A DNA stretch of 64,000 nucleotides from Eledone cirrhosa (lineage: Eukaryota). The DNA lies in contig OZ024740.1 in the NCBI GenBank assembly GCA_964016885.1, positions 273,110,001-273,174,000 of the forward strand, in the 5' to 3' direction. A program made the position numbers and the translations under genes. This document shows, in pieces, positions 52,090 through 64,000 of this stretch (position 1 is its first letter; each line of letters starts with the position of its first letter). The notes beneath the pieces are model-generated. The model worked only from the letters and a program-made list of their open reading frames with translations, did no database searches and had not been told where the DNA came from.

Positions 52090-52577
52090 AAGAAGAAGAA
52101 GAAGAAGAAGAAGAAGATGTTTATGATGATAATGATGATGACGATGATGATGATGATGAGGAAGAAGAAGAAGAAGAAGAAGAAGAAGAAGAAGAAGAAG
52201 AAGGAGGAGGAGGTGGAGGAGAAGAAGCAGAAGAAGAAGAAGAAGAAGAAGAAGAAGAAGAGGTGTAAGAAAGAGAAATAGATTACAAAGCAATAACGGC
52301 AACTAAATCAGAGAATGCTTTAATATTAATGACATTATTGGATCATCATCACCACCACCACCACCACAAACACTACCACCACTAACGCCACCAACACCAC
52401 CACCAAAACCACCACCATCACCATCATCATCATCATCATCATCATAATCGAGTTACCAATAATGAGTCAATCAGATGAAACCCAATAGGTTTTAATGGTG
52501 AAATTCTATATTTGAAAACCTGCCACAAGCTGAATATAAGCAATTTCGTTAATTGTGAAGTTGAGTGCATATGGTCG

Positions 52578-52659
<82 letters not shown>

Positions 52660-52670
52660 AATCTATCTAA

Positions 52671-52701
<31 letters not shown>

Positions 52702-52793
52702 ACTATCTATCTATCTATCTATCTATCTATGTATCTATCCATCTCTCTCTCTATATATATGTATTTATACATATACATACGCGTCCCGCCTAA

Positions 52794-52915
<122 letters not shown>

Positions 52916-53088
52916 GTATATATATATATGTATATGTATACACATATATATGTATATTTATATATATACTTTTATCTGAAACGTTTATTACACTGTTTAC
53001 ACCTCAGCATGTTGACATTGATTGTTTCTAACAATTTTCATCGCTGTCTTTACATTTCTTTCTCTCCTTCGTGTATTATACAGGAATT

Positions 53089-53133
53089 GCAGAGGAATTG
53101 GAAGACACACGTCTATGTAGATATTTGCGTTTA

Positions 53134-53164
<31 letters not shown>

Positions 53165-53260
53165 TATAAGTATATATATATGATATATATATGTATATAT
53201 ATATATGTATGTATATATGTATATATATATAAATGTATATATATATACATACATATATAC

Positions 53261-53291
<31 letters not shown>

Positions 53292-53385
53292 TCATATATA
53301 TATACTTATATATATATATATATTTACATATATATATGTTAAACGCAAATATCTACATAGACGTTTGTCATCCAATTCCTCTGCC
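53089..53385. repeat. ~45-bp inverted arms around a (TA)n-rich spacer
   Basis: GCAGAGGAATTGGA..ACGTCTATGTAGATATTTGCGTTTAA / TTAAACGCAAATATCTACATAGACGT..TCCAATTCCTCTGC. Confidence 0.85.
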
Positions 53386-53759
53386 TTTCTGTTCCTCTGT
53401 CCCTTTCTTTCTCTCTTTCTCATGTGTATCTGTCTTATTTTTAATAGGTATTAGGTACTGTATTGGATCATAATTTCTTAAGTATCTACTTATTTATTAC
53501 CCACCAAACATTCAAAATTATCTATAATCTTTTTGTTGATTTTCTTTTAAAATGATATTTGTTTTACTTATTTTGATTTTATTTCGTTTGCCTTTTGGAA
53601 TTTTGTTTGTCTCCCTTGGTTTTTTTCCTTTCATGTTCATCATTCCCTGTCATATGTATAATATTTAGCAATATCGGTGTTTGCGTGATACTAGCTTTGG
53701 ACCATTGTGATAAATGTTGCAATGTTTTCATCATAGTGTTCTGAAATATGTTGTCTGCA

Positions 53760-54160
53760 ATATTGTTTCTATTTTAGGCACAAGATGAGCAATTTGAGTG
53801 CAGGTTAAATCGATTAAACCGTTATTAATACTTGATTGATATTATTTTATGGCAGTATCGGTAGAGAGTCGGACGCGATGCCTTGCAGCATAGAGTTACG
53901 GCCATTTATGGTCTAAGTTCATATCCCGCCGAGGTTAACTTTGCCTTTCATCCTTACGGGGTCTATAAAATAAAGCACCAGTAATGCACTGGGTTAATTG
54001 CTGGCCTTGTGCCAAAAGTAGAAACAATTATTTTATTCACCTCTGAAGGATGAAAGGCAAAGTTGATTTTGGCATCATTTGAAACTACTAAGTAAAGGGC
54101 CAGAACAAATAACGAAAATCTTTTGCCTGATTCTTTAACGCCCCGGACACCCCACCGCCG
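53760..54160. mobile_element. Young plus-strand SINE (53850-54028) nested in an older minus-strand SINE
   Basis: ATTATTTTAT flanks the inner copy; outer halves TATTGTTTCTATTTTAGGCACAAG... and ...GGATGAAAGGCAAAGTTG. Confidence 0.8.
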
Positions 54161-54179
54161 TCCTTATTTGCCAACTATA

Positions 54180-54280
54180 CAGGGTGTCCCCAATAAATGT
54201 ATACACATTTTGATTACCTTTACAAGTAATATTAATTAGATTTCTGTTGAAGTGTGTATACATTTGTTTGGAACACCTTG
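54180..54280. mobile_element. Tc1/mariner-type MITE
   Basis: TA|CAGGGTGTCCCCAATAAATGTATACACATTT ... AAGTGTGTATACATTTGTTTGGAACACCTTG|TA. Confidence 0.75.
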
Positions 54281-55629
54281 TATTTATTAACAGAACCTTT
54301 GGGAAATACTATTGTTGGTAGATTGCATATTATCCCAGTAGTGATCTGGAATTATTTTTTCAACCATTTCACCAATAACCAAGAACTAAGAACTAGGACT
54401 TATAAACTTCTCTCGAGAGATTACCTTCTAGACAAAGACAGCGACTTAGGTAGTTGGCGAACTTTCAGCATTCGAATATTTTAGATCGTAAAAAATAATT
54501 CTACTAATAATGGTAATAATAATTCTAATAATAATGGTGCTACTTTACTGCTGATGTTGCTGGTGATGTTGCTGTTATATTGCCGCTGTTGTGTCCCAGA
54601 AAAAAAGGTTCATAACAATGGTGATAAGCAGAAAAAAGGAGAAAGTACGGGAGGAGCTGAAGATGAGGAGTAAATGTGTAATGATAATGAGAAAGGAATG
54701 GATAAACGCCGATGATTTTGATGACGAAGATGGTTTCAAAATAACAATGATATTTTGATGACGACGAAAACAACCACAAAGATGACGAAAATGACGATGA
54801 TGTGATAGTGATGATGACGATAAAGGAAGTGATGATAATGCAATTCTAATCTTGCAAACTAACGATCAAACAATTTTTGAGCCGTTAACTCCGTAACCTT
54901 TTCATTCATAAAACATGTATGAGCTCTAATTTTGGCCTATATTGATGAAACGATAATGATGATAATGATGGTTGTTGTGGTGGAAGTGATGATGGTATTG
55001 GTGTGAAGGTCATGACCATGTGGAAGAAGAGATAGATGTGAAAGATTTATATAGCAGTATATTGTCATGCCAACAGGTTTTCTTTTGTGAGTAGCTGCAG
55101 GTTTTGTTTTCTAATCGACATATTACAAACTCAGCAATGAAGAAATATAAAATAATTTTATGTAAAAATTTGGCTATTGAATTATATAACTTAAAATGTG
55201 TTAGTTTCCTATTTATATTGGACATTTTATTGGTAAGGCGGAAAATTAGTGGATTCGTTATATCGCAGCTTCTAATGTGTTTCCTGATTGTTGCGGCTCT
55301 CTGGACCTTTATTTAAATAATACCGAGGTCACCGTTGCCTTTCAACCTTTCAGGCTTGATAAATTGTAGTGATCGCTTCTCGCACTATCTTTTGTTGACG
55401 GGATCGTCTACGTTGTGCTGTGAGATAGATCATGAAGGATCACTCATATCGTCCCCTCCTTTAGAAATGGAGAAGTGTTGAGCAAACTCTTCTCCGAGGA
55501 AAATTGATATGCTTTTGAAATGATTTAAAGCGGAGCTGATGGGCAGTACTGAAGCACAGAGTGGAAATAAAGAAGTATATTTTCTTTACATTTCCTCATA
55601 TATTATTGTATTATTTTGTGCCTAGTTGA

Positions 55630-55850
55630 GGGCGGTGGATTGGTAGTATCGTTAGAGGCGGACACCATGCTTTGCAAACATAGAGTTATGGTCCTTTACG
55701 GTATGAGTTCAAATCCCACCGAGAGTAACTTCGCCTTTCATCCTTACAGAGTCGATAAAATAAAGCACTAGTAATGTACCGGGTCGATTTAATGAACTTT
55801 CCCCTCCATCCCCAAACAATTACTGGCGTTGTGTCTATACTAGAAATCCT
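55630..55850 (+). mobile_element. SINE, long form
   Basis: GGCGGTGGATTGG...GAGTTCAAATCCC...GGGTCGATTTAAT. Confidence 0.85.
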
Positions 55851-57307
55851 TATTTTGTGCCTAGTTATCAATGTAATTCCAAGCTTAATTTTGACTGCAC
55901 ACCAAAATCCCTTCCAATAAAAATTATATCGTGGCATTCTAAATTCTGAAATAGCCCTTAATATGTTTCGTTTCTTTTATTTTACTTCCCATATAATCCC
56001 AATACTCTCTTTACTTATATATTACCTGATATTAGCATAATACGAACCAATGTGAGTACGCATACATTATAGCCCAATCCACTAGACATGACTGTAAATG
56101 GCTCTCAAAACTCCTTTAAAAAGGGAATGGCTATTTAGGATGACAGAGGCCGAGAAATGCAAATTATGGGATATTCAGTGTTGGAATACCTTTGATGACC
56201 ATGAACTGAATAACAATATCATAAGATGAACATGACAACGGTCAATGTGGTTGCATATAAGCAGTTATCTGGTTTGCTAAATAGCAGAAACTGTTCATTC
56301 AAATCCCATTTTAATCTGTACACATCGGACAATAAGTTCTCAGAAGAACTCTTTCTGAAAAAAGATTGGGATTGGCGCGGCTGAAATGTCTTTTGCTCAG
56401 GACGGATCTGACATTTAAACAGGCAGTAAAACATGCTAAAGCAACAATTGCTATTTCTGTCTGCACCCTTCACTAAACGCATTAGCCGAGTAATAGCTAA
56501 GAATGTGTGTCACCAGCGCCACTCTGTTTTACAATAATAGTACAGAGGAAGCCACTTATTATATTCACGACAATGTTATCAACATTTATTGCGATGAAAA
56601 TTAGTGGGCTTCATCTTCATTATTCAAAATGAATTATAAATTAACAGCTTAATACAATCAAGTTATGGACAATGGTTATCAGATTTTCAAGTAAACCGCT
56701 ACAGTACCAACTACTTCAAATATATTGCTTGCAGAGTTCAAACACAATGATCAAAAGAAATGTGTGTTAGTTACAGAAATGGAGTAAGTATATAGTAGTA
56801 GTGGTGGTGAATGCAAGTTTTGGTACTGAAAGTTGTGATGGAATTGTATGTTCGTGCTGGAAGTGGAGTTACTCTTGTTTTAAGGCGGTGTCGACAAGGC
56901 TGTATGAAGTGCTGTATATATATGTATGTACGTATATAAGAAAACCTTTAATAAACACACGGAACTCCAGGGTAACAAGACTGACGATTCAGCCTTAATA
57001 AAATGAATATTAAAACTCTACTTCGATCTTCAGTTCTCTTTTCTCTCAGCCGTCAACAACATACGGGGAGAGTGACAACAAGAAAACACATTTTAGAGAG
57101 AATTAATAGTTCCATTCATGTTGCCATCTCTAGGAAAACTGTTTATTCTGGCGTTTTGTGTAAGATATATTTTCTTTAAAATGTTGTGATAGAGCTCGTC
57201 AATCTAAAAGGGGAAAAACACGTTTTGTATATAGAGCTGTACGTATGCGCTTGCGCGCGCGTGTGTGTGTGTGTTTGTAAGTACGAAGCTGTGAGCAAAT
57301 GCGTGTA

Positions 57308-57349
<42 letters not shown>

Positions 57350-57399
57350 CATATATATGGCTCTAAGAAATTCTCTGGAGAGTTGGACCGCAGAAGGTC

Positions 57400-58412
57400 T
57401 TCAAATAAGAAACCCCGCTCAAGCAAATTGTTTCGGCCCTTAACTTCTTACAATCTAAGGAGGCTGAAAAGTGGTAATTTCATGAAGCAGGCATTAGAGG
57501 AGGTCTGACGCCGGCGGAGCTTTCGATTCTTAAGTTGATTCCCTGTGGATGTTGGGTATCCCTTCGTCTTCAGTACATGTATTAAGTGTACAGTGTGAGT
57601 GATCTGTTCCTCTGTCTTGCTACATCTATTCCGGATACGCGTAAGTTTATTTCTTATATATCCGGTTTTAGCACCAACGGGAAGGGCTGATCTATAATAC
57701 ACAAACAGGGCTCTGTTGGCAGCTTTCCTATACAAGTTGGTGTATATAGCACATTGCTCTATGGAATTCCAGCAGAGACAAGGAATCATTTTCATTGTTG
57801 TGTTCTTTGGTAAATCGTATGTTGTTATCTGTGTTTGAAAATGCCGTAGATATTATGTTGGCATCTTCCCGGGATGATTGAGGATGAGTGTATAATCTAT
57901 GTATTGGGTGAAGAAAACACAGGAGCGGCAGGTGTTGAGCGCTCGACCGGTCCGCGAAGCTCTTCATCGTTCGCCTTAGTCACTTAAGTGAAATCTTTCT
58001 GATTTGTTTTACCCCAAATTTTCAGTCGTAATTTATCTTTCTATCATTTTTACGATCGAGGGAAACAAGATGAACGAATTCTGAAGAAACAAATCAAAAC
58101 AACCGGAGTTGCCGCCCTATTTTTTTTAATGTGGCCACGAATGTAAATTAACGCTTGCGGCCCACCTGATGATGAGCCATATCTTATGCGACCCGCTTTG
58201 CCTGATATAGGTGATGGCTAGAAGGCCTGTTGTTTGTTTGTATGTGTGGTGGTAGAAAGCGAAATATGTATTTTCTACGATGACGGATAGAAGCTGATGT
58301 ATGTCTTGTAGAGTGAGACCGAAGCAGTATATGTTGTATGAAATGATGCAGTCAGTCACTAGGTTGACCGCTGGATGAGCGGGTACTGTCGAATAGAGGG
58401 AGACAACATTCC
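57400..58412 (-). mobile_element. Penelope-like element RT remnants, interrupted at ~57900-58185
   Basis: NVVSLYSTVP, VENTYFAF..HTYKQTTGL and LYRKAANR..YYRSALP..K..IRN..RIRNRCS...L..KGYP motifs typical of PLE RT; bounded by (TA)n. Confidence 0.75.
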
Positions 58413-58652
58413 ATTATATATATATATATATCTTTGGTTTGCTTTTATCCCGCTATGTTGTTTACTTGTACCCCTCGCTTTACGCGATTTACTTGTCCCA
58501 ATAACTTTTTTTAGTTATTGCTCGCACCAACCTGAGGTATATGATTTTTAATGCGATGAAATACCAATGATCGTTAGAAAATCACTGACGAAGGACTATT
58601 TTTATCATATGTAACCCATGTGCAACCACGCAGTATTCTTCTTTCTTCTCAT

Positions 58653-58726
<74 letters not shown>

Positions 58727-59547
58727 ATGTGTGTGTGTATGTGTGTGTGTATGTATGTACGAGAGGTGTTAGAAAAGAAACAAGACTAGCGTTGCACAAC
58801 AAATATTTCCCTCCCCGGATTCTCTGCTGCTTCATCATCACAACCATCTTGATTGATTCCAGGTCCGGAAAACCGGTCCTATTGACGACCGTCTTGAGCT
58901 TATGGAAAAGGAAAACTCTCAGACGGAGGCAGGCTGGGTGAGTATGGCAGTTGCCCCAGCACGGCTATGATCTTCTCGGCGAGGAACTGCCGGTTCTTCT
59001 TCTTCTTCTTCTTCTTCTTCTTCTTCTTCTTCTTCTTCTTCTTCTTCTTCTTCTTCTTCTTCTTCTTCTTCTTCTTCTTCTTCTTCTTCTCCTCCTCCTT
59101 CTTTGCTCTTTGACCAATATATAAACATTAGCAACACCGTCACACGTTGTCAACTGAATTCCAACGAGACAGTTTCAACAAATTTTAGAGCAATTCCTTG
59201 GTTCCAAGCCTTTCCACCAACTCTCTATTATCCACTCTTCATTTCTCCTCCTCTCTTCCTATCCATCTATCACATACATATGCGCACGCATATAAACACC
59301 CACTATATCTTTTCTTAGTAACCAATCTTTAAGCAATAGCAACAACTTCCCAAGTTGTCAGCTTATCCTCTGTGAGACTTGTATCAACTTTTAAAAGAAC
59401 AACAATTTTGATTCATATATTAAAAAAAGATACAACAAAATATTAACTTTCATTTTTTGACAGATTTACTTCCAGCAAATGAAAATTCTATAAAAAATAT
59501 ATTTTTTAAATAATATTTTTAATGTTAAAGTTATCTTAGTTTCCAAA

Positions 59548-59711
59548 TTTTCAGGTTATATGATATTTTTTTGTATTTGTTTAATTTTTTTCATTTTTAC
59601 TGTTGCGCATTTGTTAATATTCAACTTTATACACACACACAGATATATATATAAACGTACATACATGCATGTATATACACATATATATATATATATACAT
59701 GTATGTATTTC

Positions 59712-59755
<44 letters not shown>

Positions 59756-59806
59756 ATCATTTGTACTGCCTCTGTTTTTTGTTCTCTGTTCATTTACTAA
59801 ACTATA

Positions 59807-59837
<31 letters not shown>

Positions 59838-59884
59838 GATTAATAAATGAACAGAGAACAAAAAACAGAGAGGCAGTACAAATG

Positions 59885-59941
<57 letters not shown>

Positions 59942-60068
59942 ATACATACATGTATGTATGTACGTTTATATATCTTTGTGTGTGTGTATAAAGTTAAATA
60001 TTAACCAATACGCAACAGTAAAAATGAAAAAAATTAAACAAATACAAACAAATATATAACCTGAAAAT
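59548..60068. repeat. ~260-bp inverted arms centred on (TA)n
   Basis: TTTTCAGGTTATAT...CATTTGTACTGCCTCT / AGAGGCAGTACAAATG...ATATAACCTGAAAA. Confidence 0.85.
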
Positions 60069-60556
60069 ATACTATATATACTATATATATATATATATAT
60101 ATGTATATATTTATGATTTCATGATATTCTTTTAATGTATATATTACATTTTTAAATATCTGTATTGATATATATTTTTATTCATAGTTTGAATGATTTA
60201 AACATTTTTCATAATATCTTAGAGAAATCTTCTTTTTTCTAACTTTCTCCCCTCAAAACATTTCCTTATCATTTCCCATGTTATAATATTTGCACTATTT
60301 TTAATGTTATTGTCATTGCATCCAATTCAGCATTGAAAGTCCAGAAATCAACGTGGTCTCGACATGAATATATCATCTATCATACAATGTCTGTGACAAG
60401 GACTACATTCATATTCCAATGCATCTCATATATTTTTAAAGAGGGTAGTATCGATTTTGATACCGAAATTTGTACTACACTTCGTAGATTGTGTGACAAT
60501 GTTAAGTCTCTACAATTTGTCCATTTCAATTGTATTCTCTCCCTTTCTTTCCCTCG

Positions 60557-60647
<91 letters not shown>

Positions 60648-60795
60648 CATAAATATATATATATACATAAATATATATACATATATATATATATAAATAT
60701 ATACATATATATAAAAAAATATATATATATATATATATATAAATATATATATACATACAGATAAGTACATACATGTATATATATATATATATACA

Positions 60796-60841
<46 letters not shown>

Positions 60842-60900
60842 AATATATATATATATATATACATAAATATATATACATATATATATATATAAATATATAC

Positions 60901-60970
<70 letters not shown>

Positions 60971-61032
60971 TATATATATACATACAGATAAATACATACA
61001 TGTATATATATATATATATACATAATATATAT

Positions 61033-61104
<72 letters not shown>

Positions 61105-61109
<5 letters not shown>

Positions 61110-61298
61110 AACCAGTAAGACCCCGACAGCTGAGCTCAAGCCGTTTCGACGGCTAATTCTGGACTCAGAATTAGCCGTCGAAACGGCTTGAGCTCAGCTG
61201 TCGGGGTCTTACTGGTTCCTATTACCCACTCTACTACCTCAAGTATTGAGTACTTTGGTGCGTTATGGTCCACCTGGTTCCTTACCACTTTTCCTTCG

Positions 61299-61300
<2 letters not shown>
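61105..61300 (+). mobile_element. Family A fold-back element
   Basis: Palindrome 61105-61222 plus tail, between long (TA)n tracts. Confidence 0.88.
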
Positions 61301-61341
<41 letters not shown>

Positions 61342-61610
61342 CATACACACATATATATTTTTTTTATTCATAATCTGCCGTAATACGTATTTCTTTGGCG
61401 TTAATAATTACAGTATGCTGCCATCACGTAACCACCAACATGAACTGAATATAATAGCTGGGATGGACGAAAGGCTGGAAAGGCAGTTAATGAGAACAGT
61501 GAGAGGGGAAAGGAGATAGATAGTAAGAAAGAGAGTCAGAAATTTAGAGAGAAAAAGACAGGAAGGTAACAGCCAAAAATTAATGTAGAATTCAAAGAGA
61601 GAGAGGGGGG

Positions 61611-61645
<35 letters not shown>

Positions 61646-62049
61646 CGGCTGTGTGGTTACCAACAAATATTATTTAGAAAACGTGGGTGAAAACACTAAC
61701 ACAGAGAAAATTCCCGCTCATCGGTCAAAGTTCAGCTCATCGGCTGATCACAATGGAGTTATGCTTCCTCTGTTATTATTTTTATTTAAACAAAATAATT
61801 TTGTAAGGTTTCTTTTTAAAAAACATGTTTTTCTTTTTGCCTTGTTTCCGCTCGATGTCTTGTCCTCTCTCTGTTAATTATGTTGCGTATATATATATAT
61901 GTAAATATTCAGGAGCCCAACGGCTGAGCAGCTGTCGAAACGCCCGGAGCTCCTCCGTCGGGAACTCTAATCTTTTCATATTACCCACTTTACTACCCAA
62001 GTATCGAGACATGCGCCAACATTCGAGTAAAGAAAAAAATGAAAATAAA

Positions 62050-62225
62050 TAATTGTTTCTACTTTAGGCACAAGGCCAGCAATTACCCAGTGCATTACTG
62101 GTACTTTATTTTATCGACCCCGTAAGGATGAAAGGCAAAGTCAACCTCGGCGGGATTTGAACTCAGATCGTAAAAGGGACGTAACTATGCTGGAAAGCAT
62201 GGCGTCCGACCCTCCACCGATACTG
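62050..62225 (-). mobile_element. SINE, short form, young, inserted into a family A relative
   Basis: Reverse complement of the family consensus; family A-like sequence on both sides. Confidence 0.88.
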
Positions 62226-62267
62226 GTGGGTTATGGTGCACCTGATTTTCTACCACACCCCATCTGA

Positions 62268-62343
<76 letters not shown>

Positions 62344-62377
62344 TATATATATATATATTAATATATATATATATATA

Positions 62378-62650
<273 letters not shown>

Positions 62651-62768
62651 TACACTCTGCCTAGCTCTACACCTCGAGACTGAAGTGAACCTAAACACGG
62701 AGTGCTCACCCGGGTGAACCTACAGTAACTCCAAGTTACACTCCCTGGATATAAATATATATATATAT

Positions 62769-62863
<95 letters not shown>

Positions 62864-64000
62864 TGTGTTAAATTTCAATATATACAATAAAGATACATAT
62901 GTGTGCGTGTGTGTTTATTTGCTTATTCTGAAACGTTTTAATCATATTTATATTTTATCTAAATTTTTCACGACGTTTTTGCTCTGGTCACATTTATTTT
63001 TTAATATTATTATAACCACATTATAACACAGTGTTGTAAAGAGTGAAGGGACCCTTGTGGCAAATAAAGTGAAAAGAATATTATTATTTTAGTAATCTTT
63101 ATTTGATTTTTAAAAAAACTAAATATTTTTTCACGTTTACTTTTTTTCTATCTTTGTGTGTATGTATGTGGCTGTGTGTATGTGGCTCTGTGTATATATG
63201 TGTATGTGGTTGTGTGTATATATGTGACTGTGTGTATATATGTGTATATGTGTTTGTTTTGCGTTCAATGTTGTTTGTCTGTTTGTTGGGTTCTTCAGAC
63301 ATGTCACTGGAAAAAATTACTAATTGCTTTAGTGGGTCAGTTCGAATTGTAATTAATTTTATACACATTTTCTTTTGTTTGTTTCCTATCTTTATGTATG
63401 TGTGTATGTGTATGGATAGAGGTATAGATATATGTGTGTGATAGTGTGTGATATGTGTGTATGCTTGTGTGTGAAAAAGAATTTGACAAATTTAAATTTG
63501 TTTATTATTTTGTGTTTTTATCCAAGAAATGTTTTCCTTTCTTGCGCACCATTGGACAACCGTTACTGCCTCTCCCTTCTCTTTTATTAATTTTTCTTCT
63601 TCAACTGTTTGATATTGTTGTTGTTGTGGTTGTTAGTAGAGGCAATGCTGTTGATATTGCTCTCCTTATTTTCATTATCATTATTATTAATGCCCCTTCA
63701 TCCGTCACCCTTGTGGCAAATAAAAAAAAATAATTACTACCATTATTATTACTATTGTTGTGTTTGTGATGGTGGTGGTGGTCGTCCTGATGGTGTTTGA
63801 TGGTGGTGAAGATAATGTTGATGATGTTGTTGTTTACTTGTTGACATTTCAATTAATCACTAGACATTAACATTATTGAGTAGAATAACAAGCAAATATT
63901 TATTTTTATAGTGCATTTTTGATTTCGTTTTATTTACTTCCCATGTTACAATTTACATATATTTATTTGTTTTTTTGGCATGATTTAAAATCCATTTTTC

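Noticed and set aside
57965-58185. Possible Tc1-like end (GTGGCCACGAATGTA) interrupting the PLE remnant
   Set aside because: No matching second TIR found.

Overview
AT-rich, microsatellite-dense eukaryotic DNA. The repeat landscape and SINE family suggest a cephalopod, probably an octopus (inference). No host protein-coding gene is supportable; most short ORFs are translations of simple repeats. Coding-derived elements: a young 5'-truncated Tx1/L1-clade LINE with an uninterrupted ORF2 inside (TATC)n (15.76-19.0 kb), a Chapaev3-like DNA transposon (27.9-29.6 kb), a decayed Helitron (33.2-37.6 kb), a decayed CRE-clade retrotransposon (42.1-44.2 kb, minus strand), and RTE, CR1 and Penelope-like RT fragments. 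About 15 copies of a tRNA-derived SINE are also present. Two non-obvious systems stand out. (1) A 561-bp TG...CA element with a 4-bp TSD is built from two inverted Gypsy-like LTRs around a copy of mature tRNA-Trp (positions 28-76 with CCA). It has substitutions exactly at positions 37 and 58, consistent with an integrated fossil of reverse transcriptase reading through a modified primer tRNA and snapping back. (2) At least eight unrelated non-coding families carry type I hammerhead ribozyme folds, mostly next to (TA)n. They occur as ~0.5-kb 1.x-mer tandem units or as fold-back palindromes whose turning points lie in or next to the ribozyme hairpins (Penelope/retrozyme-like). All folds were paired by eye and none was computed.
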